64,000 bases of DNA from Podospora anserina (taxonomy: Eukaryota). The translations under genes and the position numbers were made by a program. Position 1 is the stretch's first letter. The number at the start of each line of letters is the position of its first letter. Below are positions 37,878 through 49,700 of the stretch, in pieces. The notes under the pieces were generated by a model, which was not told the origin of the DNA, searched no databases, and saw only the letters and a program-made list of their open reading frames with translations. The DNA is taken from contig JAFMPO010000001.1 in assembly GCA_017654855.1 (NCBI GenBank), positions 62,001 through 126,000 of the forward strand, written 5' to 3'.

Positions 37878-38305
37878 GTTGTCGATGGTGATCCGAAATT
37901 TTGGAACGGAAGAAATGTCAAAATGAACCGCAAGCAACAAGCTTGAAGTAGGTGGAAATCTCGAATGGGGGGGTCGGAATCCGAAGACCTGGGACAAATC
38001 CGGAGACAACGCATTCTTATCCCCACAGCCCCACCGTGTTGGACCTCGGCGGCGTCGGCGCTAGCTTCAGAACGTTTGAGACAGGGCATCCTGCCGTAAA
38101 AAGTAACCGAATCTGGAACTTGGACCGATTCTTGTGCAGAAAATGGAAATCACCATCGACCACAGTTACGGTGGTATCAACAGCCAGTCGGGGAGAATGC
38201 ATTGCACTAACGGACGGTGTGCTGCGCTTATCAATAGGGAACAGGTGAACCCGACAATGACGCATACCTAGATCAGGTAAGCATGCGTTACGACACCATC
38301 CTTGA

Positions 38306-38516
38306 TTACAAAATAATTGGCACTCAAAGGTAGGTTAAACCGACACCACACCTCAAAGGATGATTGTTAGGCCTTTGAAGATAGTTGATAGGTTTGTAAA
38401 GATAGTTAACAGGCTTTGAAAGATAGTTTAAAGGCCTATCATTTTACTTTTGAGGTATAGTTCACAGTATAAAAGGTATGTGGTGAACTTACCTGTTGTG
38501 CCAATTATTCTTGTGG
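38306..38516. mobile_element. MITE-like element, CCACA-type, with ~4 internal 21-bp repeats
   Basis: acaaaataattggcactcaaaggtaggtt is the inverted match of aacttacctgttgtgccaattattcttgtgg; units such as aggcctttgaagatagttgat. Confidence 0.75.
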
Positions 38517-39084
38517 ATGGCGAGTTGTTGGTGGGCTTAGTAAAAAAAAAGTGGAGAGTGGAGACCGCAGTCGGGGACCAGCCCATCTGAAAACCCCCCC
38601 TCAACTATCTTCAAAAGGCCTGCTAATGACGGGAGTGTAGAAAACCGAGTCTCCCTTATTTGTGAAGACCACTTGACTACTTTTTGGGCTGTTCACCTGA
38701 GAAGCAATTTTCATCATTCTGACGACACCAGCGGCCATGCACGTTTGAACCAACCCAAATCGCCAACATCGTTGGACGTCCCTGCTCACATGTTGATTAG
38801 CGCTTACACTTGATAGCAACTGATGAATATGGACCAACGACTTGTCATGATTGGCAAGCTTAGACATCCCCCGGTAGCAGTCCTGTGTGGAACTGCAACC
38901 ATCCGCCGCAGTGCTGAAGTCAGCATCTGCACGATGGACCGCCAACGATGGCGGGTGCGGTTGCTTACTACTATTCGTACTATATCAAAGGACTCGCGAC
39001 CGCTTGCATGATCGCTCCTTGTTCTCATGTTTTCCTCCCTGGTAAAACCCTTGACCTGACGCCGATCACTATAACGAAGTCAAC

Positions 39085-40831
39085 ATGTTCGAGGCTAGCA
39101 ACGGGGCATGCATTGCCCTGTTTGCATCGCTCCTTGCCTTGATAGTGATTTTTGGGAGAAAAAAGCTCTATCCAAAGCCGTATCCTCAAATCCCGTACAA
39201 TGCCCATTCAGCAAAGCGAATCATGGGCGATTTGCCAGATCTGATTCCCGCCATCAAGGCCACCAAAGCAAACTCCGAGTCCATCTACCGCATCACCACG
39301 CAAAAGCTCGGCAGTCCGATCGCCCAGCTCCTCCTACCAGGAAATCCGATGATCATCCTGTCCGATCCTTACGAGATCGAACGTATTCTGCGCAGTAACC
39401 AATTTGACAAGTCGGCCTGGTCCCTTTCTGTGGTTGGCCCGCTCTTCTCCAAAGCTACACTATCGCAACTCACCACTCCGGAGCTTAAGGCGCAGAAAAG
39501 GCTCTGGGGAGATGTCACAGGCCTGGACTTTTTGAAGCGAACAGCGGCTCCGAAGTCCTACAGCTCAACAGTCGAGCTGGTCGAACTTTGGCGCCTGAAA
39601 GCAACCACCGCCCACAAGGGCCAACCATTCAACGTTTTAGAAGACTTGAAAAACGCGGCCCTGGACGCCGTATGGGTGTCCATTATCGGTGAGGAGCCTG
39701 GGACTCTGAGGTATGAGAAGAGGAAGCTGGAACACGAACTGAAGGGTCAACAATTCGACGATCCCGCGCCGCCAGGATCTTTCATGAAGGAACAAGTGGA
39801 ATACATAGTTGATACCATCATGGACGCCAGCGCAACACCGTTTCCAGCCTGGGCGGTCAAGCTGGAGGTCTTGAAGCCACGTTTCCGCAGGTTCAGGAAG
39901 GTTGTGACACGGGAAATGAGCCGTGCGATGAAGAAGGCTTTGACGAGATATGAAGGCCTGGACCTGGACAGTCTTGGGAAGGATTCCATTGATACATGTG
40001 CCATGGATCTCGTTCTCCGCAAACAAGCTCTACAAGCCAAGAAGGCGGGCGTGGAACCTTCAGATCCGGCAAAGGACGTTGCTATGCTCGACGAGCTGTT
40101 TGTTTTGCTCATTGGTGTAGGTAGCCCGATGTTCTCCCACTCTGCCAACGCTTTACTAACTATGCCAGGGCCACGACTCCACCGCCAACACTCTGGCATG
40201 GTTCATCAAGTTCATGGAGGCCTTTCCACAAGCCCAGACTGAACTGCGCGCTGCTCTATCATCTGCTTTCGGCCCAGGTATACCTACGCTGAGTCAGATT
40301 CTCGAGGCTGACATTCCTTACCTTGATGCCGCCTGTGAGGAGGCCCTCCGTCTGTCGGGAACTTCCAACGGCGTTCTTCGCTCCCCTCTGCAGGACACCA
40401 CCATCCTGGGATATCCCGTTCCAAAGGGCTCGATCATCTACATGAATATCCATGTGAATCACTCATCGGTTCTAGCGGATGAGTCCCAGCGCACCGAGAC
40501 CGGCAAAGCTGCTCGTCAGAAGAAGGACGACGGCTTCAAGACACCTGCCGGAAGGGATCTTGGAACCTATGAGCCCAGGAGATGGTTGGTCAGGGATGAG
40601 ACGGGGAAGGAAAAGTTCAATCCAAATGCTCTTCCACAGCTGGCCTTTGGCGCAGGTGTTCGAATGTGCTTCGGGAGGAGACTAGCCGTAATGCAATTCC
40701 GCATTGCTGTTACACTTCTCATACTCAGCTTCGAGTTTCAAGAAGTACCAAAAGGAATGCAGTCCATGGCATGCATCGAGAGATTGTTTCGAACCCCACA
40801 ACAGCCTTACGCCAAACTGAGAGTACTCTGA
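39085..40831 (+). CDS. Cytochrome P450 monooxygenase; 1 intron
   Basis: N-terminal membrane anchor plus PKP, I-helix IG|GHDST across the intron, EEALRL (ExxR), EPRRW, FGAGVRMCFG haem motif. Confidence 0.95.
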
Positions 40832-41603
40832 ACTGGCTTTTGTTATTTTGTGTAAGGTACTTTCCGAGGTTGTTTGTTTACAAGAGGCAACAGTTGGTGA
40901 TGGAAAATAGATGACGCGAAGCTTGGACTGAAGACAGTTCCCCGCTCCTACCCACACCACCGCATCAACGCCAGCCTATGGCGCAATGTCATAAGCCGCA
41001 GAAAAGAAAGAACAACCAACACACACCAAGCCTGATGGACAAGTAAACACGATGGTAGCTGTCACGAATCGTCATAATTTGTGCTCAGGTTGTGGATATT
41101 GTAAAAGTTCTGTATCTGTAGATTTGGAGGTGTTATGGTGTCTCAGGCAAGGTCACTGAGTGGTCAGTTGGACCCGTTTGGCAATGTTTCAGTCAGGATG
41201 AACCAGCCCGATGCAGCCTTGCTTTCATACTGTAAGTACCTTTTCCGTTCTAGCCCTCATGGCTGCCGTCAGGTCCGGCATTTCACCGATCTGGAGTTGA
41301 TCCTCAACTTCAAAAAAATCGGGATTGAAACATACATGGGTGGGATTTGTGCTGCTTATAGCTAACAATCAAAACCCAAAGAGTAAAGAGTTTTCTTCAA
41401 GTATATAGTGCAAACGCTGGTTGATAGGGGGGTGAGGGGGTATGAAGGGTTCAGGGAGTCGATGGTGGAACGGGGGGTTCTATACGCCGCGTCAAGTGGT
41501 CAGTTGGATCGGCAGCCTCTCACATCCGAAGTCGTATCTGTTGGTTGTTCCTTTGAACCTGCTTCGAGTTTCGGGTCCGGCACACTGGCGTCTAGCTCAT
41601 GTC

Positions 41604-42871
41604 TTATTGCGGAGTGATCGCCAGACGTAAACTCAGCTCGATTCTCAGCCGTAGCTCTGGTTTGATCATGGGGCCTTGACCCCTAACGGGGGTGGCTGCG
41701 TCAAGCCCGGGCTTGTCTTCGTGGCCACCTGTCTTTGAGTCTCCTGGTTGGTTTTCTGCATTTGCTGGACTTTCGCTCGCGGTCGCGTCGGCCGATACTT
41801 GGTCTTGGATTTGCCGGAGCCTTTTGCGCTTTTTGGTGTATATCCAGAAACCCGCACCGACTGCTAGGATACCTGGCACTCTAACAACGATCCCCACTAC
41901 TCATCCCACTGGAAGCGTTGCCTGTTTCGTAATGTAATGAGGCGAAAACGTTGATTGATTTAGGAAAGAAATCAACTACGGAGCAGAACTGCGGAAGAAG
42001 CTAAACCAGCCCAGTTTGGCCCGAGCTCCCTGGCGGAGCGGCCTGGTGGTGACGCACACAACATAATGCCATCTATATCTTCAGGGCGCCAAACAAACTG
42101 AATGACAGGCGCAGCTGTAATTATACTGTACGTCGGCGCATCTTTTCGCCCCGCTGGCCCTCCTGGAGGTAACTCGACTCTTCGATGGGCAACCATAAAC
42201 AACACGGATTCGATGGTAGTTATTGGAGGAGCTTGTATCACTGTTAAGATATCGGACTCCATATTCGTGCCACAACTTATAAAGCTTTGAGGTCCCGGCG
42301 AGGCGCTAGAGGAGCAGTGTAGAAAGTTATGAATTTGTGTAGAAACGCTTAAGGGGCCGCTGACGGCAACGGAGACAAAGCTGTACGGCCTGAGTCGAGG
42401 AGAAGGATAAAGTATGTAAGTAGCTAGGTAGGTATTGTGCCCATGAATGGAGTTATTGAATCCGACCTTATAACAAACATGGAAAAATAAAAATGTGATG
42501 ACTCACGATGGACAGCATATTGCAGTGCTTTCATTCAGTGAAATGTGGCTCGACACGTCGGCTGCGACGGCTGCTGTATACCAACCCACTGGGCAGTAGA
42601 TTCCCGGACAATATACCGCCCACTTCTACACAACTCCACCAGGAAGACATGGCGAGTGTTAGCCTATACAGTCCGACGAGTAGATGACCGGGTTGTAACT
42701 GGAAGTGCCAAAGCCTCATGGCAGAAAAGCCTCGTTGCAGTGAGATGGGGGCGTGAAGACGATGGTAAGGGGCCCAACCGTCTCGTAGCTGTAAGGATCT
42801 GAGCTTGCACTGTCTACCGGCCAGGTAATTGTCGGTGTTGTCATAGAGGCCTGGTCTTCGAGGAGAGCCAT
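41604..42871 (-). pseudogene. Degenerate cysteine-rich membrane-anchored protein
   Basis: GPLTIVFTPPSHC..YCPGIYCPVGWYTA..TAICCPS and a later TM segment followed by KKRKR; three in-frame stops in the first exon. Confidence 0.6.
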
Positions 42872-44301
42872 CGTAGGGTATTCTACTTGGTTGATGAGAA
42901 GGATTAAAAGGATCAGGTAAAAGTAGTAGGGTTAAAAGCCTAGACTTCAAAGAAAATGGATGAAGTTGGACAGTGAGTACGGTGCCCGACTATTTTAAAG
43001 CACACCTGACGCAAGTTCACCGTCACGTCTGACACAAGAGATGTAACAACGATTTTCATCGAGGATGTTGTGCCGTAAGTGAGTGGTACTAGCGCAGGTA
43101 CATACCTCAGTCACCGAGTGCTGCAGTATTGTGAGACGCGGGTCTCAACGGTCTCGACTTAGACCGAGGAGTTGACTGTCGAATTATCAGCGGTAAATCG
43201 GTAACAAGCAGACACCACATCTTCGTATAGATTACCACAGAGAGGGACAAAAGCACATCGTGGATCACTCATACGCTCTTATCTAGGTATACAACGATGA
43301 CCAACATGTACCCCCCCACTTGCCCTACCATTGATATTCGATCACTGATTACGGAGGTCAAAGGAGTCATGTTATTTCTTTAATAACGGATTATATTAAA
43401 TTGCTGCCTCTTGTTGCCTTCATCTCGTTCCGACCCTCGATCATGGTCAAGGTCTGAACAATCTCGGGTTGTGCGGTCGGCTGTGTCTTGTTTGTGAATT
43501 ACATGGCACTTGCTGTCATATTGCACAGGGAAGGCTAGCATTTCAAAGGTAAACTTGTATAAAACTTGGTATCATTTACTCCCTGCTATGCCTTCGCTTT
43601 CAATAACTACGAAGATTCCAAATCCATCATGAACTTCCACAATCTCCACAGTGACCGGACTGTCCTGTTCTCACCATCGCCTACTTCATCTTGTAGGTAA
43701 CTCTACCATAGTCTCTTTCGCGTTTCAAATCAACGACAGAAAGATACATAGACGTCCTGGTTGTCAATAGGCACCTAGGTACTCTCGAAAGGTGATGCTG
43801 GGAACCTCCCATACAGTAATAGGTAGAAGTAGATGAGAAACGCCTACCTTTTCACACGTTGACATCTCCTCGGAAGTACCCTTGCAGCTTCAGAATTTTG
43901 GGGCGGTGAACTTGAATGCAATTTTATCTCGGTGTCAAAGTCACCATCGAATTGTAAACCTGGGGCTTTTGAGCAGCATCCCAAAGACCAAAGACAGAAA
44001 TACCCCGGAGAGATGTAGAAGATGACGCGGCAGATTGGGGCTAGGTAGATTTCTAACTTTAGAACCAGGTAGGTAGGTTAGATGCGCCTGCATCCGGCCA
44101 TTGCACATTCAGGGCTGGGATGAAGTTGCTCCCATTGACAGCATAGAAGGTGATTAGTACCTAGGTTTTCAGCCGGGATGGGGACTCCAGATCACTCAAT
44201 GCTGCAACACGTCAATCAACAATATACCTCATGCAAGATCACCGAGTAGAAGAAATCCCGTCCAGCACCCCGAAACTGCTCCTTCTCAGCTCGACTTGCT
44301 A

Positions 44302-45142
44302 CTACCCCTCCACTCCCAAACCCCAGCCCTTCATATCCTCCACTCCCCAATCCACCGTCCCCAACTGACCAATCTGAGCGTTCGACACCGAGTCCGGCGC
44401 CCGCTCGGCACACTGGGCGAGATACACGTCAACGCTGTCAATGATCGCCGGTGGGATCAGGGCCTGCCGCTTTTCCTCGTGCCCAAGCACCACCGAGAAG
44501 AGCACCGTATTCTCGGGTGTTGAGGTGGGATCAAGATACTTGAGGAAGCGCTTGCGGTTTGCAACTAAGATGGCGGGCGTTAGTATGCGTTGGCTCATCT
44601 TGGATTGAGATGAGCAGAGAGAATGGGCGAGGAGTGATGGAATATGGGGAGAGACGGTTGGCAGCACGCACCCCATCGCGGTGTCCACAGTGCCAGTGGC
44701 TTGCACTTATCCGGGTTCTTCTCCTTGTCCTCAGGGAACTCAAACATCTTGGGGATCCAGGCCTTCCTGAGGCCTGCCCACGCGGTGGCGTCAACAGTCA
44801 CGGCGCAGTCCCAGGGATAACCTTTGGATGGGTCGTAGTCAGGGAAGTCGTGGAAAGCGGGCGAGATATAGGTCCCTGTCCCAAGCTGACGGCCCATGGT
44901 GCCGCGAGATTGCACGGCTTTGCCACCATTTGCGTTGATGGCGTCGGCTTCTTCCTGGGCGGGCGGGGGCCGTGTTAGTTGGTTGGGTTGGTATGTGTGG
45001 GTTAGTGTGTAGACAGACGGACCTTTGAGACGATGCGATATCCGATGTGAATTCTCCCACCGGCGCGTTTGTGTATCGTACCGCCCTCGAAGGGGATGGC
45101 GGCAACGGAGGCGGCAAGCGCCACGAGGGCCCAGAACTTCAT
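44302..45142 (-). CDS. Small secreted protein (221 aa; 2 introns), possible ADP-ribosyltransferase-like fold
   Basis: Signal peptide MKFWALVALAASVAA and a Kex2 KR site. Exons 45142-45023, 44954-44672 and 44564-44302 sum to 666 nt in frame. Motifs IGYR and QLGTGTYIS. Confidence 0.8.
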
Positions 45143-46705
45143 TGTCTGGTTCGCGTTCGAGGCGCAATGAACGACTGTGGGTGAGATAGGAAGGGTTAAA
45201 GTGGTGACTACCACCACGGCGGAGAAGGGTTGAAGTGGGAGAGAGGCGGAGGGAGGGGAAGGTAGAAGAACATTTGAGATACCTATTTGATGAGCGGCCA
45301 AGTAATAAGGGAATTGGCGAGAACAAGGGAGGCGGATTCGAAGGAGCGTGGTAGCCAAGACGGGGATTACTTACAGTGCCAAGTCCTAAGACTAAATTAC
45401 ATCCCACATACATTAGTGCTGCCGGATTACCTATATCACGAACCGCTGAATCAAGGGCCCTAATCGCATACTCCCAGATGAATACCTACCTACTGGGGTC
45501 TTAAACACCGCTTCAGAAGAATGGTTCGGTACAGCAAAAAGGCACGCAGCAATGATTGCCACTCTGTATCATGAACACCACCTCGTGAGCTTACCTTCTG
45601 ACATCTTTTGCTATATAACCAGTCGGGATCCTTCTTGTATGTGCCATGAAGAGAAACACCATGACCCCCCTGGATCAAAACTCCAAAGAATCGGTTTTCC
45701 GAACTCCGATCTAATTTCCTTTCTGTTTTCTTGGTTCTTCTTCATAATTTTCAAATTCTGCAAAGCCCCAACCCCAACAAAATAAAGGGGTCAGCACTAA
45801 TAACGGGCCAGCGGGTAGGTGGACTCCTCGTCATCACATTATATTGTCACTGGTGTGACAATTGAGTGGAGACACCAACCTGGTGTTTCCACAAACAGAG
45901 ATATCACCGCGAAGCTCATGGTAAGGCAGTTTACCAGTTCTCCTAGTGTCACTAATATTGCAAATAAGTATCGTATGGTACGCCGCACCATAACATATAT
46001 CAATCACATGCATTATTGATGTCATGCCACATGCTCATCCGTGTCTAGGTATGATGGAGGTGTCAGGTGGATTCCGATCTATTAATGTCTGAACAAGGGG
46101 CCAAAACGACGGATTGGAATTTTTGTACAGAGATTATACTCCATAGTTTGCCCGTCATTATGGGGATGTGGAAATTGCAACTGCGGAAAACCTCGACGGC
46201 CAAGACTGACTACGGTCACAGGGTTGAGAACTTCGAATGTCCGAGCCTCCGACCACATCGCCGGACTCTATCATCCTCAGTTTTCCTCATTGTCGCTCAC
46301 TCTGCTTCTCTGCTATGTGTTTGAGCAAAGAGCAGATTGAAGCACCGTGGGCAGGCAAGTCATTACCATCACCTGCAAAGACCTTTTTGGCCCTGTTTTG
46401 ATTGCATGGGAATCCAATTAGCCGTCCATCAACCGCCCACCCAGAAATGTGTCGTTCCAATAAGGCTGGCTTGGTGATTGCCATACCTACCCAGGTACCT
46501 AGGTACCCTATTGGTTGCGGGGTCACTAACTGCAGGACGTCCCTGGCCACGAAAAGTGGATTGTCTGCCACCGGAAGCCCATAACTATTCTCTCTACCCT
46601 CTTCAATTTCTCCCTCTTTTGATCTTACAGCTTCTTTATCCTCACATTCCCTTGCTGCTTGTGTCAAATTATTGTTCCCACGTTCCTTACCTGTGGCTGA
46701 CGACG

Positions 46706-49700
46706 ATGTGGTTCTCACCGTCACCAGTCTCGGCCGGAGCGTTGGCCTTCCTCCTGCTGTCTCAGGCAACGGCGTTACAAGTAAACGGCGGCTCTGACAG
46801 GTTGAACTCATACCTGGCGGCACACCCAGTCGCAACAAAGCCTGCCGCCGCTGCCGCCCCGGCATCCGCCAACCCCAACACACTTGCTCCAGAGCTGGTG
46901 AACTTGGCGCTCAGTCACTGCCCAGCAGGATGCGATGAGTCCGGCTTGCGTCCGGGAAACTGGACCCTGTACCCCCGACTGGGTCGGTTGTTGATGTGCA
47001 ACCAGACGATGCTGCTCGACTTCTCCCTATTCACGTCTCTGCGCAAGGATGAGACTATTCGAGCTTGCACTGCCAGTTCTGCAATCACGTTGGGCGCAAG
47101 CAACATCGGAAACACCACTCATGAGGCATCTTGCCTGCCCGGCGGCAGCTTGACCCAGGTCCAAGAGTCACTGCAATTGGCTTTCAACGAAACCGACACC
47201 CCAGCCACGCTAGAGGACTTCGACGCCGCCGCACAACAACTCATCGCCATGCTGTCCCAACGAGAAGACTTGAACTGCAACGACACAACCTCCTTCGCCT
47301 ATTCCAACTCCGTGGCTGTCGGTCTTTTCGCCGGATCAGGAGTCCGTGGCATCCCGGCAACTGTGCTCCAGCAGCTCACCTCGAAGATAAAGAGCACCGG
47401 TTTCTCGGGAAGCTTTGTTGTGCAGCTGTGTTCCAAGGGCGGCCGGAGCTCGAAATACAGCTTCGGCATTGTCGCGAGCGGAGATCGCGATGTAAGCCTT
47501 GTCCAAGATGCTGTCGCCACATGGGCGTCGGGCAAATGCATCACTTCCTTTGACGACGCAGAAGATTGGCTTGACATCACACTGTCCGTACCGAGTCTTG
47601 TCAGCAGCAGCACCGCTGGACTCGGAAACAGCACTGCCGGCTTCGGAAACAGCACTGCCCGTGCCACCCGGTCAAGAGATGGCAGTTCGGCTATGTTGAA
47701 TCGACGAGCTGAGTGTTCGACGATCCAGGTTTCCTCTGGTGATACTTGTGAGTACTCCCGATAACAAAATCCTCCGATGGACAGTCGGGCGACAGTGAAC
47801 GGGAAGAGACTCAACCTCCGTTTAGGCGAATCTTTGGCAGCCGAGTGCGGCATCTCCCCTTACGACTTCACCGTCTATAACCCCAGTAGCACACTCTGCT
47901 CGACTCTGGTAGCAGGCCAGCACGTCTGCTGCTCCGCCGGCACGATGCCCGATTTCCGCCCGCAGCCGAACCCTGACGGAACCTGCGCCGCGCACTACGT
48001 CGTGCCAGGCGAGAGCTGCTCGGTTCTTGGCGCAGCGAACAGCCTCACGAATGCTGAGATCGAGAGCTTCAACACTAATACTTGGGGTTGGCAGGGCTGC
48101 GGAAATGTACAGGCGTACCAGTTCATCTGCCTGAGCACGGGCGCGCCGCCCATGCCCGCGCCGATTGCGAATGCTGTCTGCGGACCACAAAAGCCGGGAA
48201 CGGTACAGCCAGGGCCGGGTACCAGTCTTGCGAGCTTGAATCCTTGTCCGCTTAACGCGTGCTGTGTATGTCCCTTTGCCCGCATCCTCGAAGTGCCCCT
48301 GTTGGTGTTCTGCCACAGTTAACCCGTGTCTAGAACAAACACGGCCAATGCGGCATCAACAATGACTTTTGCACCGAATCCGAGTCGGAAACAGGCGCAC
48401 CCGGAACTTCAGCTCCGGGCGAGAATGGTTGCATTTCGAACTGTGGAACTGACATCGTCATCGGTTCTGCCCCAGCCCAGTACATGAACATTGGCTACTT
48501 TGAAGGCTACAACCTAAACCGTCCCTGCCTAAACATGAAGATCACTGCCATGGACTTGACGCCCTACACGCACATCCATCTAGCATTTGGCCACGTCTCC
48601 TCGACCTACGCCGTCGATGTTAGCCCAATCCAAGAGCAGTGGGAGCTGTTCACGCAGTTGTCTGGCTTCAAAAAGATCCTGTCTCTCGGCGGTTGGAGCT
48701 TCTCCGCCGAACCGCCCACGTATCACATTTTCCGCGACGCGGTCAAGCCGGCCAATCAGGACACGTTTGTCGCAAACATCGTCTCGTTTGTGACAGAGCA
48801 TGAGCTGGATGGCATTGATATTGACTGGGAATGTAAGTTGGCTAGGGGTCTCTTTAACCAGCAAAGGAATAGTGCTAACCTGAGACGTAGACCCTGCTGC
48901 ACCAGACATACCTGGCATTCCACCAGGTGCGTGATATGCCTCTTCAGAAGTTCTTGGATCAAACTGACTTGAGAATAGGAACCGCCGAGGATGCGGACAA
49001 TTACCTCACTTTCTTTACAAAGCTGAGGGCAGCCATGCCTTCTAGCAAGTCGGTCTCTTTCTGTGCGCCCGCTTCATTCTGGTACCTGAAAGGGTACCAC
49101 ATCGACGAGATGGCATCCCTGGCTGATTACATCGTCTACATGACTTATGATCTCCATGGCCAGTGGGACTACGCGAACCAGCACGCAATCGACGGCTGCC
49201 CAGCCGGCAACTGTCTGCGTTCGCAGACCAACATCACCGAGACCCTTCTCGCCCTGGCTATGATCACCAAAGCCGGCGTACCATCAAGCAAGCTTGCTGT
49301 TGGTGTCACGAGCTACGGCCGCTCGTTCCAGATGACAACCCCCGGGTGTACCGGGCCCATGTGCACCTACACTGGCGGAGAGTCCGGAGCCTATCCGGGG
49401 CCGTGCACAGGAACCGCAGGTTATATCGCGAATGCAGAGATCAGCGCCATCCTGGATGGGACCGGATTTTGGAAAACACCATCCGGAGCATTGCAGCCGA
49501 TTACATCCTACTCGTCTTATTTCGACACCGACAGCCACTCCAATGTCGCCGTATATGAGTCGACACAGTGGGTCGGCTACATGGACAACACTGTGAAGGC
49601 AGATCGGACAGCCCTCTACAAACTCCTCAACATGGGTGGAGTTGTTGACTGGGCGATTGATCTGGATGGCTTCGGTGGCGATTCCATTGGTGACTCTGAC

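Noticed and set aside
39085-40831. Secondary-metabolite cluster around the P450
   Set aside because: No PKS, NRPS or terpene synthase backbone gene in the window.
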